Shown here in pieces: positions 49,793-60,356 of a DNA stretch of 64,000 nucleotides. Both the position numbers and the translations under genes were made by a program. Source of the DNA: an uncultured bacterium (GTDB lineage: Bacteria > Babelota > Babeliae > Babelales > Vermiphilaceae); NCBI GenBank assembly GCA_963707655.1, contig OY970172.1, positions 768,001-832,000 on the forward strand. The letters run 5' to 3'. The notes under the pieces were generated by a model, which worked only from the letters and a program-made list of their open reading frames with translations, was not told the origin of the DNA and searched no databases. The first letter of the stretch is position 1; the number at the start of each line of letters is the position of its first letter.

Positions 49793-50512
49793 ATGCTTTT
49801 AGGGATACGTCACATACTCGCGTGCATGCTACTTGGCATAGGAATGATAGCCATTTTTGGCGTCTATCGATCGAAGAATAGTCTGTCATATTGTCTTGTT
49901 GCCGATCCACTTTTTTCGGCCGAGACGATAGATTTAATTTCTGCGCATATTACTCAACAAGCAGATATTGGTCCCGAGCAACTCTGTCAAAAATTAGTCG
50001 CTACTTTTTCTTCCATACAGCAGATTACTGCCCGCTGCAGTGCGCAAAGAATATGCACCGTATCAGTAGCCGCGGAGCAGCCACTCGCTCGGCTATCAAA
50101 CGGCAGCGTGCTTACCCTTAACGGCAAATGTGTAACACAAGAATGTTTTGTTGCAACAGCGCTTGAATCTCTTCGTGAAATTACTTTAAAAAATAGGTTA
50201 ACTGAAGATGATGCGCACGCGTTGTGCGCGTATCTTAAAAATAATTCTTCTAATTTTTTCAGTTGTTATGACATTGCGTGGAAAAACAAACATGAGATTT
50301 TTTTTCATGACAAGCAAGCAGATATACTATTTATCGCAGATTTAACAACGGTACCTGATGCGAATGCGCGCAAACTGATGACAGAACAGATAGTAGGCAA
50401 TGGTACAATGCCACACAAAAAACAAAAAACTTTGGTTGCTGATATTCGTTTTGATCATCAGTTTATTGTATATGGAAATAAGGGGGCATATCATGGCAAC
50501 AGTATTTTCTAG
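49793..50512 (+). CDS. divergent FtsQ/DivIB-like protein
   Basis: Single TM, POTRA-like segment, C-terminal ADIRFDHQFIV; overlaps ftsA start. Confidence 0.6.
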   Translation: MLLGIRHILACMLLGIGMIAIFGVYRSKNSLSYCLVADPLFSAETIDLISAHITQQADIGPEQLCQKLVATFSSIQQITARCSAQRICTVSVAAEQPLARLSNGSVLTLNGKCVTQECFVATALESLREITLKNRLTEDDAHALCAYLKNNSSNFFSCYDIAWKNKHEIFFHDKQADILFIADLTTVPDANARKLMTEQIVGNGTMPHKKQKTLVADIRFDHQFIVYGNKGAYHGNSIF

Positions 50513-51728
50513 AAAAATTATCGTTTCCATTGATGTGGGGACTACAAAGATTTGCGTTCTGGTGGCACACGTTTTGGAAGGTGAATCTTTTGAGATTATC
50601 GGCATAGGCAAATCTCCCTCTGACGGCTTGAAGAAGGGAGTTGTTGTTGATATTGCAAAAACGGTACATTCTATAAAAAATGCCATTAAAGAAGCAGAAA
50701 TTATGGCTGGTATTTCTATAGAATCTGCCAGTGTTGGTATTTCAGGCGGCCACATACATTCGCTTAATTCCCACGGCGTGGTACCGCTTAAACATGGAGA
50801 CGTAAAGCCTTTTGATATTAGCAGTGTACTTGCGGCTGCCCGCGCTATTCCCGTTCCTGAAGGGCAACAGGTACTCCATGTATTGCCTCAATATTTTATT
50901 CTCGATGGTCATGACAGAGTGCAAGATCCACTTGGCATGCACGGCATTCGTCTTGAAGTGCAAGCGCACATTATCTTGGGTGGCATTGCATCGGTCCAAA
51001 ATTTAATCAAATGTTGTGAGCTGGCAGGAGTGAAAGTCACTGATATTATTTTAGAACAACTTGCCTCGGGAGATGCGGTATTAAGCGCTGATGAGCGTCA
51101 GTTGGGTGTTGCGGTGCTTGATATTGGTGGTGGCACCTCCGATTTAGCCTTGTATCAACAAGGCAACATTCGTCACACTATGGTGTTGCCATTGGCCGGT
51201 AATCATTTTACCAATGACGTGGCGGTAGGCATGCGCACCACGCTTAAAGAAGCAGAGCGCATTAAAAAGCAGTTTGGCTATGTATATTCTCCTTTGGTTT
51301 CCGAAGATAATTGTATAGAAGTTGAAGCGGTTCATGGCGCGGAAAAACAGATAATACAAATAAGTGACATGAATGCTATTCTGCAGGCGCGAGCGCAGGA
51401 AATTTTTATGTTGGTACAGCAAGAGATAACAACGCGCCACTTGCAAACATTTATGCGAACCGGGTTAGTATTAACCGGTGGCGGCTCGTTACTCGGCGGG
51501 ATTAAAGAACTGGGAGAGCAGATTTTCAAAGTGCCGGTGCGTATTGGCTCTCCGCGTCTTTCATACCAATTGCCCGAATTGCTTGATAGTCCAATATTTG
51601 CGACCGGTTATGGCTTGTTAATCAATACTTTGCGTAGAGAAATGCAAGGAGGCATGGATAGCCTTTCCGGACCGCTGGTAAAACGTATTTTTGTTCGTAT
51701 GAAATCATGGGTTTCAGATTTCTTTTAA
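50493..51728 (+). CDS. ftsA: cell division protein FtsA
   Basis: IDVGTTKI, GLKKGVV, DIGGGTSD, AERIK, GLVLTGGG, FATGYGL. Confidence 0.97.
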   Translation: MATVFSRKIIVSIDVGTTKICVLVAHVLEGESFEIIGIGKSPSDGLKKGVVVDIAKTVHSIKNAIKEAEIMAGISIESASVGISGGHIHSLNSHGVVPLKHGDVKPFDISSVLAAARAIPVPEGQQVLHVLPQYFILDGHDRVQDPLGMHGIRLEVQAHIILGGIASVQNLIKCCELAGVKVTDIILEQLASGDAVLSADERQLGVAVLDIGGGTSDLALYQQGNIRHTMVLPLAGNHFTNDVAVGMRTTLKEAERIKKQFGYVYSPLVSEDNCIEVEAVHGAEKQIIQISDMNAILQARAQEIFMLVQQEITTRHLQTFMRTGLVLTGGGSLLGGIKELGEQIFKVPVRIGSPRLSYQLPELLDSPIFATGYGLLINTLRREMQGGMDSLSGPLVKRIFVRMKSWVSDFF

Positions 51729-51746
51729 TGAGGTAAGGGGGAAGAG

Positions 51747-52961
51747 ATGATAGAATTTTTACAAGAGGTTGAAAAACCGATTGCTAAAATAATGGTGATA
51801 GGGGTCGGCGGTGCAGGCGGAAACACCGTTAATAGCATTATTGAATCTCGTTATGAACATATTGAGTGCGTTATTGCCAATACTGATGCTCAGGCATTGG
51901 AATTATCAAAAGCGCCATATAAAATCCAGCTGGGCATAAAATCAAGCAAGGGCCTTGGTGCCGGCGCTAATCCTGAAATTGGCAAGCGTGCAGCGGAAGA
52001 AGATATTGATAAAGTGATGGAGTTGGTTAAAGATGCCGATATCGTATTCTTAACCGGCGGCATGGGCGGCGGTACCGGTTCAGGTGCCTTGCCAGTAATT
52101 GCGCGTGCATTAAAAGAGTATGGCATTCTTACCATTGCGGTAGTCACCAAACCATTTGCTTTTGAAGGAAAGCGACGCGCAACTATAGCGCAAGACGCCC
52201 TTGAAGAGTTAAAAAAGAATGTTGATACATTAATTGTTATTCCAAATCAAAAATTGCTTGATGCGGTGGATCAAAAAGTATCAATGATTAATGCATTCGC
52301 CATGATCAATGAGGTTTTGGGCCATTGTGTAAAGGGTATTTCAGATATTATTACCAAGCCGGGTCATATCAATGTTGATTTTGCCGATGTAAAAACGGTT
52401 ATGGCAGGTCGCGGTATTGCCGTCATGGGAACGGGCCGCGCATCGGGTCTTGATCGCGCTGAACAAGCAGCACTTGATGCGATATCATCTCCATTGCTTG
52501 AGAACATGAGCATTGAAGGGGCACAGGGAATTCTGTTAAACATAACCGGCGGACAAGATCTGGGTCTGCATGAGATTAGCAAGATTGCTTCTATTATGCA
52601 TGAACAGGCGCACCAAAACGCACATATCATAATTGGGGCCGTAATTGATGAATCGATGCAAAATGAAATATGCGTTACCCTTATTGCAACCGGTTTTGAT
52701 GTCAACAAGAAAGAACAGACCATTGCTGTTGAAGTAAAAGCAAAAGGAGCCGTTCGTGCTGATGAAATAGTGGCAAAGATTGTTGAAAAAGAAGCAGTTC
52801 AATACCAAGCTTCTGAAGTATCGGCCGCTATGAGCAGCGATGAGCAACATGAAGAAATCCCCGCCGCGCATCCAGTCAATGAAATGCAAAATCATGGCTC
52901 GTTGGATGTGCATGATCTTGACGTGCCAACATTTTTGCGCAAAGAAATATCACGCCAGTAA
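51747..52961 (+). CDS. ftsZ: cell division protein FtsZ
   Basis: GVGGAGGN, GMGGGTGSG, NVDFADV, C-terminal LDVPTFLRK. Confidence 0.99.
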   Translation: MIEFLQEVEKPIAKIMVIGVGGAGGNTVNSIIESRYEHIECVIANTDAQALELSKAPYKIQLGIKSSKGLGAGANPEIGKRAAEEDIDKVMELVKDADIVFLTGGMGGGTGSGALPVIARALKEYGILTIAVVTKPFAFEGKRRATIAQDALEELKKNVDTLIVIPNQKLLDAVDQKVSMINAFAMINEVLGHCVKGISDIITKPGHINVDFADVKTVMAGRGIAVMGTGRASGLDRAEQAALDAISSPLLENMSIEGAQGILLNITGGQDLGLHEISKIASIMHEQAHQNAHIIIGAVIDESMQNEICVTLIATGFDVNKKEQTIAVEVKAKGAVRADEIVAKIVEKEAVQYQASEVSAAMSSDEQHEEIPAAHPVNEMQNHGSLDVHDLDVPTFLRKEISRQ

Positions 52962-52971
52962 TAGGTAAGAA

Positions 52972-53010
52972 ACAAGCCCGATGCAAAAATGCATCGGGCT
53001 TGTATTATTT
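52972..53010. terminator. terminator after ftsZ
   Basis: acaagcccgatgca / tgcatcgggcttgt 14-bp stem. Confidence 0.8.
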
Positions 53011-53074
53011 TAAAGTTTGAACAAAACCAGTATATAATCACTTGTTTATATTCGAGCAAAGATCGGTCACAAGA

Positions 53075-53431
53075 TCAAGATTCTGTTTGCTCTTCGTCCT
53101 GCTTGTTGTAGTCCATAATGAATTCTTTAAGCATAGCATGTGTCTTTGAGCCAGTAACATCGATTGTAACATGATTTGCCGGGTCTTTGGAATCAACAAC
53201 CGAGAAAAGGGCTTTATACTCCCCCGCGCTAGATAGACTAGACCAAATGATACTCTGGTCTATGAACATTACGCTGAATCTTTCAGAACCATCACTACCG
53301 ATGCATTCGGCTACATGGCTTACCTGGGATGCATCAATTGCTGCTATCTCTGGTAGTGGTGGCTGATCATCCATGCCAAGTGCGCTTGATAGTGTACAAA
53401 ATAATCCCGCCAAAACAACTATTTGTTTCAT
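53075..53431 (-). CDS. secreted acidic hypothetical protein
   Basis: Signal peptide ending SALG-MDD; GAGGA RBS. Confidence 0.7.
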   Translation of the reverse strand: MKQIVVLAGLFCTLSSALGMDDQPPLPEIAAIDASQVSHVAECIGSDGSERFSVMFIDQSIIWSSLSSAGEYKALFSVVDSKDPANHVTIDVTGSKTHAMLKEFIMDYNKQDEEQTES

Positions 53432-53462
53432 GGTTTGTTCCTCATCTTGACCATTATATTAT

Positions 53463-55415
53463 TTATCGTAATTGTGTTCCGTTAGGAACCAGCGCTGCCG
53501 GTGCAACAATTTGCAGTTTGCCCATGGCGTCTTCAGCAAAGAGCATCATGCCTTGTGATTCAGAGCCCATCATTTTACGTGGATGTAAATTAAACACAAA
53601 GGTTCCCTGTTTGCCGATCAACTCTTCAGGCGCATAGTGCTTGCGGATGCCAGAAAAAATTTGGCGCTTGCCCTGCGGGCCAAAGTCAACGTGTAACTTG
53701 AGCAGCTTGTCTGACTTTTCAACAAACTCTGCTTGTTCTATCATGCCAACCAAAAGCTCAACTTTAAGAAAATCATCAATAGCGATTAAGGGAGTTGTTG
53801 GTTTTATTTCTTCCTGTTCCTGCATAGGTTCTTCACTTTCTTTGTCTAATGGGCGCTCAAAGAGCACCGGAATTTTCATAAATACAAATTTTTGCTGCCA
53901 ATTGCCCAACGCTATTTTTTCAAAATCATGGGCTACATCGAGCTTTACACCAAGGCTGCTCAGCAATTGCTCCATCTTACTCGGCATTACTGGCCAGAGT
54001 ATGGTTGCAACAAGCTGCAAACCATGGGCCGTTGCAGATAATATTTGTTTGAAGAGATCAGGGTTGTTTTTTGCAACTTTCCACGGCTCTTGCGCGTGAA
54101 AATAAGCGTTTATGCGATTAATATAGCTCCACACAGATGCTAGGGCCATATGAATAAGCGCATCTGCCATATATAATTTCACCTCTGCAACCATGTGCAT
54201 ACCCGCATCACGTAATTCAACTGCCGCACCCGACCATGGAGCCGAAGCTTCAAGAACCATAGCGTCATATTTTTCTGCTAAGGTCACCAAGCGGTTGAGC
54301 AAATTGCCCAGATCATTGGCCAAATCGGATGAAACACGCTGCTCAAGATCATTAATATCAAACTCACTGTCATGCGTAATAGCCAACTGGCGCAAGAGGT
54401 AATAGCGCACCGGTTCTACCCCATAACGTTCAGCCAGAACCAATGGATCAACAACATTGCCAAATGATTTTGACATTTTTTGTTGATTCATTTTAATCCA
54501 ACCATGCACAATTAAGCGCTTGGGCATTGGTAAATCAGAAGCCATCAAAAACGCTGGCCAGAATACCGCATGAAAGCGAACAATGTCTTTGCCCAGAACC
54601 TGCATATCTGCCGGCCACCAGAAATTAAATTCTTTCTCTTTTCCCGCCTCATTGAAGCCAATGGCGGTAATATAATTTGCCAGCGCATCGGCCCAGACAT
54701 AGGCAACATGCTTGGTATCATTGGGAAATGGAATTCCCCAAGAGATGGTGGTACGTGAAATGCTTAAATCTTTTAATCCCGATTGCACAAAGTTAATGAC
54801 TTCAGCAAACCGCTCTTTAGGCTGAATAAAATTAGGATGTTGCTGATAAAAAAGAAGCAATTTTTCTTGATAGGCAGATAATCTGAAGAAGTAGGTCTCT
54901 TCAGAAAGATAGTGTGTTGGTCGACCGCATGAAGGGCAGGCCGGTCCGGCTTCACCCGCTTTTACCGTCTCATATTCTTTTTCAGTGACAAATGTTTCAT
55001 CTGAAGTGCAATACCAACCGGTATATACTGATTTGTAAATATCACCTTTTTGCTGCAGCTGCTCGAGCCACAACTGCACCGCTTTTACATGTTCAGGGTC
55101 AGTGGTACGAATAAATTTAGTATAATCAATCTCATACTGTTTCCATGCATCTTGATAGGCAGGAATAAAGCTATCAACAAATTCTTTTGGAGCCATGCCA
55201 ACTTTTTCTGCTGCCTGCGCTATTTTTTGTCCATGCTCATCGGTACCGGTGAGAAAAAATACTTTTTTCCCTAAAAGCTTGTTCCAACGGGCAAGCGCAT
55301 CGGCAATCAAGGTTGAATAAAGGGAGCCAAGATGCGGCTTTGCGGTGACATAATAAATTGGGGTAGTGATATAAAATTTTTGTTCTTGATTATTCATTGA
55401 TAAAAATTCTTTCAT
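53463..55415 (-). CDS. metG: methionine--tRNA ligase with C-terminal tRNA-binding domain
   Basis: YITTPIYY, HLGS, GTDEHG, YVWADAL, KMSKS, C-terminal OB fold (SQGMML). Confidence 0.98.
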   Translation of the reverse strand: MKEFLSMNNQEQKFYITTPIYYVTAKPHLGSLYSTLIADALARWNKLLGKKVFFLTGTDEHGQKIAQAAEKVGMAPKEFVDSFIPAYQDAWKQYEIDYTKFIRTTDPEHVKAVQLWLEQLQQKGDIYKSVYTGWYCTSDETFVTEKEYETVKAGEAGPACPSCGRPTHYLSEETYFFRLSAYQEKLLLFYQQHPNFIQPKERFAEVINFVQSGLKDLSISRTTISWGIPFPNDTKHVAYVWADALANYITAIGFNEAGKEKEFNFWWPADMQVLGKDIVRFHAVFWPAFLMASDLPMPKRLIVHGWIKMNQQKMSKSFGNVVDPLVLAERYGVEPVRYYLLRQLAITHDSEFDINDLEQRVSSDLANDLGNLLNRLVTLAEKYDAMVLEASAPWSGAAVELRDAGMHMVAEVKLYMADALIHMALASVWSYINRINAYFHAQEPWKVAKNNPDLFKQILSATAHGLQLVATILWPVMPSKMEQLLSSLGVKLDVAHDFEKIALGNWQQKFVFMKIPVLFERPLDKESEEPMQEQEEIKPTTPLIAIDDFLKVELLVGMIEQAEFVEKSDKLLKLHVDFGPQGKRQIFSGIRKHYAPEELIGKQGTFVFNLHPRKMMGSESQGMMLFAEDAMGKLQIVAPAALVPNGTQLR

Positions 55416-55420
55416 ATAGT

Positions 55421-56494
55421 TTATCTGCTCATAACAGCGATCCAGATATCATTCACTACATTTTGCGGAATAACATCTTTAAAAAAATGAAGCTTGGCAA
55501 ATTGTTCATCTGACGGACAAAAACCTTCGGGTATCAGCTGTGCATCCTCATAAACAGGCGAGCAAAATCCAAATTTTTTACGGTGATACTCAATTACTTC
55601 AGCAGTATACAGATAATTGATAAACTGATAAATCATTTCATCTTTTTCTGTAGCAGCAGAAATTACTATTGAATCAACAAAAACAAAGCTTCCTTCTTCC
55701 GGAACTAAAAAGTCGATGTGTGGATGTTCTGATTTTATTTTGTAAATATCAGGACTCACTGCCAAAGCAACCGGACAACCGTTTGACGTTAAAAGATACT
55801 CAGAGCGCGACTCTGAGTAAGCCTCTACCCATTTTTTTTGTTCTATTAAAAGAGACTTGATCGCCTCGATTGTCTTTTTGTCATAGGTTAAATCGATCGT
55901 GCCAAACAAATAATAAGCGGCCATCAACACCGCTTCTCGCGACTCATCAGACATGCCAATACCATACGGCGCGAGTTGTGGATCAAATATTAATTTCCAT
56001 GTTGGTTGCGGCAATTCGCCACCAAAAAAATTTCTATTAACTCCTATGCCATAGATTCCCCAAAAATAGGGCAGAGAGTAATCATTCGCCGGATCACAAT
56101 AGTTCCCGAGCAAAACTTTATTGAGTCGATTAAAAAAATTCAGTCGTGAGCGATCAATTTTTTTAATTAATTTTTCTTTAATGAGCAACTCAACCGTATA
56201 ATCGGTAGGCATGATAATGTCATAGCCTTTGCCGGAAGAGGCTTGTAGCTTGCCAAATAACTCCTGATTACTTTCGTAATAAGAAATGTGCAATTTAATG
56301 CCGCTCTCTTTTTCAAATGCAGTTAAATAACGAGAATCAAGAATTGATGGCCATGTAAAAATGGTCAAACTACGCTCGTGATGGAACATGCGGAAAAAAG
56401 CCGGCGCGTATAAAAATCCTATTAATGCAATAATCCAGAAAGCGACGATGCAGACGCGTATCAGCACGGTATTCGAAGAATGAAATCTACTCAT
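55421..56494 (-). CDS. potD: spermidine/putrescine ABC transporter substrate-binding protein, copy 2
   Basis: FEKESGIK, YESNQE, YDII.PTDY, PYFWG.YGI, PEEGS..DS. Confidence 0.88.
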   Translation of the reverse strand: MSRFHSSNTVLIRVCIVAFWIIALIGFLYAPAFFRMFHHERSLTIFTWPSILDSRYLTAFEKESGIKLHISYYESNQELFGKLQASSGKGYDIIMPTDYTVELLIKEKLIKKIDRSRLNFFNRLNKVLLGNYCDPANDYSLPYFWGIYGIGVNRNFFGGELPQPTWKLIFDPQLAPYGIGMSDESREAVLMAAYYLFGTIDLTYDKKTIEAIKSLLIEQKKWVEAYSESRSEYLLTSNGCPVALAVSPDIYKIKSEHPHIDFLVPEEGSFVFVDSIVISAATEKDEMIYQFINYLYTAEVIEYHRKKFGFCSPVYEDAQLIPEGFCPSDEQFAKLHFFKDVIPQNVVNDIWIAVMSR

Positions 56495-56520
56495 TGAGCG
56501 ACTTTTCTTATCATTTTTAG

Positions 56521-57576
56521 TTAATTCTTACTCATAACAGTAATCCAAATTTCATTCACTAATTCCTGAGGCACCACGTTCTCAAAAAAATGAAGCTTAT
56601 CAAATTGGTAGGAACAGTATTTGTTTTCACTCGTCTCCAGCGGCGAACAGAAGCCATATAGGCCGGTGTGATGCTCGATAGAATCTGCCGCGTAGAGATA
56701 ATTGATAAACTGATAGATCATATCATCTTTAACCGTATTCTTGGGAATAACAAGTGAATCTATGAAAATAAAACTTCCCTCATGAGGCAAAAGAAAATCA
56801 AGATAAGGGAATTCATGTTGCGCTTTATAAATATCGGTACTGAGCGCAAATACAACCGGCGCAGCCTCCGATGTTAATAAATATTCAGAGCGTGATTCCG
56901 TGTATGCTTCAACCGATTTTTTCTGCTCCGTTAAAAGCGCAATGATTTTATCAGTATTCTCACGCGACCATTCAATATCTATGGTGCCGAAAAGATAAAA
57001 GGCTGCAAGAAGAATCGCCTCGCGCGCTTCATCGGTCATACCTACGCGATAACCATTTTTTGCCGCATTAAAAAGCAGCTGCCAATGGGCCTGTGGCATC
57101 CCGCCGGTGAAATAATTTTTGTTAATGCCAATACCGTATACTCCCCAGAAAAATGGCAATGAATATTGATTGCCCGGATCAAAGTAACGGTCCACTAAAT
57201 TTTTATTGAGTGACGAGAAAAAACCTAGTCTTGAATGGTCAATTTTTTTTATCAAACCCTCTTGAATCATCAATTTCACGGTAAAATCAGAAGGCAAAAT
57301 AATATCATACCCAGTGGCTGATCCAGCCTGCAATTTACTAAAAAGCTCCTGATTGCTTTCGTAGTAGGTAATATAGAGCTTGATGCCGGTCTCTTTTTCA
57401 AATTTTTGTAAATACTGGGGATCAAGAATTGTTGGCCATGTAAAAATAGTGAGACTCCGCTCTTGATGAAACATTCTCAGCAAAGCGGGCGCATAGAGAA
57501 AGACCAACAGACAAAGAAACCAAAATACTACGATGCCAATGCGCACCAAAGAGGTTATAACTTGAGTCTTTTTCAT
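56521..57576 (-). CDS. potD: spermidine/putrescine ABC transporter substrate-binding protein, copy 1
   Basis: FEKETGIK, YESNQE, YDII.PSD, PFFWG.YGI. Confidence 0.88.
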   Translation of the reverse strand: MKKTQVITSLVRIGIVVFWFLCLLVFLYAPALLRMFHQERSLTIFTWPTILDPQYLQKFEKETGIKLYITYYESNQELFSKLQAGSATGYDIILPSDFTVKLMIQEGLIKKIDHSRLGFFSSLNKNLVDRYFDPGNQYSLPFFWGVYGIGINKNYFTGGMPQAHWQLLFNAAKNGYRVGMTDEAREAILLAAFYLFGTIDIEWSRENTDKIIALLTEQKKSVEAYTESRSEYLLTSEAAPVVFALSTDIYKAQHEFPYLDFLLPHEGSFIFIDSLVIPKNTVKDDMIYQFINYLYAADSIEHHTGLYGFCSPLETSENKYCSYQFDKLHFFENVVPQELVNEIWITVMSKN

Positions 57577-58361
57577 TCCGCAACATCCGCCTTTTTAATG
57601 GTGAGTAATGAATAGAGCAATACTGCAACACTGCTCATCAACAACAAGAGGGTTGAAACAGCATTCACCAGTGGCGTTTCACCCGAGCGAATTAACGAGA
57701 AGATATACATGGGCAACGTTTGCGTTGAACCACCTGCAGTGAAAAATGAAATAACAAAATCATCAAGCGATATAATAAACACTAAAACCGCGCTTGCGAT
57801 AATGGCAGGTAACAGTAATGGCAAAATAATGCGTAGTAATGTTTGCGTTGGCGTAGCCCCCAGATCGAGCGATGCCTCCATGTAACGGTAGTCAAGTTCG
57901 GCAAAGCGCGATTGCACGAGAGGAATAACATAACCCAAGCCAATGAGCGTGTGACCCGCAATTAAACTGGTAAGACCAAGCGGAATTGAAAAAAAAGAAA
58001 AGAAGATAAGCAATCCAACGGCAAGCACAATTTCAGGGGCTGCAAGATTGCCATAAAAGAGCACAATAGCTCTGCTCAATCTGCTCTGTGCGCTGTAGAA
58101 AATAAAACAGACCCCCATAACAACGCTCAATGCGGTAGCGGAACAGGCAACTATTAAAGAATTTTTTAAAGCACTTAAAATATCAACCGACTCAAATAAT
58201 TCTTTATACCAATGCAATGAGAATCCTGTCCAATGTGATGTGCCGCCACTTTCATTAAAAGAAAAAGCGATAAGCACAAAAATTGGAATATACAGAAAGA
58301 GATACACCAAAATCATGATCAACGGCAGACAATACCCGGCAAAAAAGGAACGGTGATTCAT
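57573..58361 (-). CDS. potC: polyamine ABC transporter permease
   Basis: FLYIPI..LIAFSFN, GFSLHWY, EASLDLGA, SLDDFVIS.F, TLPM.I. Confidence 0.93.
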   Translation of the reverse strand: MNHRSFFAGYCLPLIMILVYLFLYIPIFVLIAFSFNESGGTSHWTGFSLHWYKELFESVDILSALKNSLIVACSATALSVVMGVCFIFYSAQSRLSRAIVLFYGNLAAPEIVLAVGLLIFFSFFSIPLGLTSLIAGHTLIGLGYVIPLVQSRFAELDYRYMEASLDLGATPTQTLLRIILPLLLPAIIASAVLVFIISLDDFVISFFTAGGSTQTLPMYIFSLIRSGETPLVNAVSTLLLLMSSVAVLLYSLLTIKKADVAE

Positions 58362-59236
58362 AAGTTATTCCTTTTAGAAACAGAAGTAAGACGCTTAAAA
58401 TATGATTGAATAACGGCAACAAGGGCTATAAGAATCAACCCTGCCAAACAGGTGAACGCGGCGCCGGTATAGACATCACGCGAGACGAGAAAATATTGCT
58501 CTATTAATGAACCAATGTAAAAGCTCTTTGTGCCACCCAACAATGCGGGAATCACAAACTCACCAAAACTGGGTACAAATACCAAAAAGAATCCTGTTTT
58601 AATGCCACCCAAAGAAAGCGGCCACGTTACGCGTAAAAATGTTTGCAATGGACCCGCCCCCAAATCAAGCGAAGCCTCTATCAACTTACGATCTATTTTT
58701 TCTAGCGCCGTGTACAATGGCAATATCATAAAAGGTAAATAACAATAGGCCATTACCAAATAAATAGCCAACTGGGTGTTGAGAAGATGCAATGGGGCTG
58801 AAATAAGACCTATTTTCAATAAAATACTGTTAATTAAACCATATTTTTCGAGCACAAAAAACCATGCGTATGCCTGCACCAGCAAACTGGTCCAAAAAGG
58901 TAAAACAAGCAAAAAGAGCAAAACGTGCTTCATGCGCTTGATGCGAAACACCAAGAAATAAACAACGGGATACGCACACAGCAAACATAAAACGGCATTC
59001 ACGAATGCCAAGATTGTTGAGCGGGCAATAATACGAAAATAGATTGGATTGAAAAGCGACCAATAATTACTCAAGGTAAAAAACATTGAATCCTGGAAAG
59101 GTCTGATGAGACTCATGCCAACAATAGAAACAAGGGGAATACACAAGAATAAAATTTCCCAAAGCAATGCCGGCGTACTCATAAATAAGTAGAGCTGGCT
59201 AGCAATTCCTTTTGAAGTAAGAGCGCGATTTTTCAT
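58358..59236 (-). CDS. potB: polyamine ABC transporter permease
   Basis: LPFWTS.LV..YAW, YLPFMILPLY, EASLDLGA, FVPSFGEF. Confidence 0.93.
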   Translation of the reverse strand: MKNRALTSKGIASQLYLFMSTPALLWEILFLCIPLVSIVGMSLIRPFQDSMFFTLSNYWSLFNPIYFRIIARSTILAFVNAVLCLLCAYPVVYFLVFRIKRMKHVLLFLLVLPFWTSLLVQAYAWFFVLEKYGLINSILLKIGLISAPLHLLNTQLAIYLVMAYCYLPFMILPLYTALEKIDRKLIEASLDLGAGPLQTFLRVTWPLSLGGIKTGFFLVFVPSFGEFVIPALLGGTKSFYIGSLIEQYFLVSRDVYTGAAFTCLAGLILIALVAVIQSYFKRLTSVSKRNNL

Positions 59237-60324
59237 CGTTCAAGCACCACCACGTTTTCTTTTTGCCAATACAAATAGACTTCATCATCATAATCAATCA
59301 CTTCTTGCGGAAAGTGCTCCTCATTCTGCTCAAACACCTGCAATATGTGATTATCGGCGATCCGTACATTGTACTGCGTTGATCTACCGTGATACACGAT
59401 CGACTGAACAATCCCCTTGAGCATATTTGAAAAACCTGCCAAAGGAATCTTACTAATTTCAATTTTTTCGGGCCGCAGACTCATCAACACCGTTGCACCC
59501 GGACGCGCCCACTCCTTAGTCCGTGCAATAACCACCTCGAATTCCCCCAACCCATCAACTCTCAGCGTTTGTCGAGCCCCGTCATCATGAAAAACTCCCT
59601 CAATAACATTGGTAGTTCCCACAAACTTGGCTACAAATGATGAAACGGGAAATTCGTAAATCTCTTTTGGTGTACCGATTTGCTCAATGTGACCATCATG
59701 GTTCATTATTGCCATGTTGTCTGCAACGGTTAATGCCTCAAACTGGTCGTGAGTTACGTATACAAAGGTAGTATTCAATGAGCTCTGCAAATCAATCAAT
59801 TCAAGGAGCATGCGTTCGCGTAATTTAAAATCAAGCGCGGCCAACGGTTCATCCAACAATAAGACTGCCGGCTCATTAACCACTGCCCGAGCAAGAGCAA
59901 CGCGCTGTTGTTGTCCACCGGAAAGCTGATTGATTGATTTATACATATGCTTTTCAAGATTCACTGCCTTGAGTATCTTGCTCACTTTTTGCTCGATAAT
60001 CTCTTTTGCGACTCTTTTCACGCGCAACCCGTAGGCAACATTTTCAAAAACATTGAGATGAGGAAAAAGCGCATAATTTTGGAAAATGGTATTGATGTGC
60101 CGCTCATTAATGGGAACATGCGTAATGTCTTGATCACCCAGATAAATTTTGCCCGCATCTACCGATTCAAAGCCTGCTATAAGACGCAATAAAGTAGTTT
60201 TACCGCTTCCGCTTGGCCCCAACAGCGCAAAAAACTTGCCACTGGGAATAATAAGGCTCAAATTATCTATAATGACTTCGCCATCATAGGATTTTGTGAT
60301 GTTTTCCAGTCTAATGCTTCTCAT
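59233..60324 (-). CDS. potA: polyamine ABC transporter ATP-binding protein
   Basis: GPSGSGKT, FQNYALFPHL, LSGGQQQRVALARA, LLDEP, VTHDQ, TOBE tail. Confidence 0.95.
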   Translation of the reverse strand: MRSIRLENITKSYDGEVIIDNLSLIIPSGKFFALLGPSGSGKTTLLRLIAGFESVDAGKIYLGDQDITHVPINERHINTIFQNYALFPHLNVFENVAYGLRVKRVAKEIIEQKVSKILKAVNLEKHMYKSINQLSGGQQQRVALARAVVNEPAVLLLDEPLAALDFKLRERMLLELIDLQSSLNTTFVYVTHDQFEALTVADNMAIMNHDGHIEQIGTPKEIYEFPVSSFVAKFVGTTNVIEGVFHDDGARQTLRVDGLGEFEVVIARTKEWARPGATVLMSLRPEKIEISKIPLAGFSNMLKGIVQSIVYHGRSTQYNVRIADNHILQVFEQNEEHFPQEVIDYDDEVYLYWQKENVVVLER

Positions 60325-60356
60325 TGTCTATGTATCACCATCTTATTAAGAATGTT

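Noticed and set aside
50400..50492. N-terminal extension of FtsA (similarly glyA, pgeF, 7548 and 45325 ORF extensions)
   Set aside because: Longest-ORF artefacts; downstream ATGs fit RBS position or family N-termini better.
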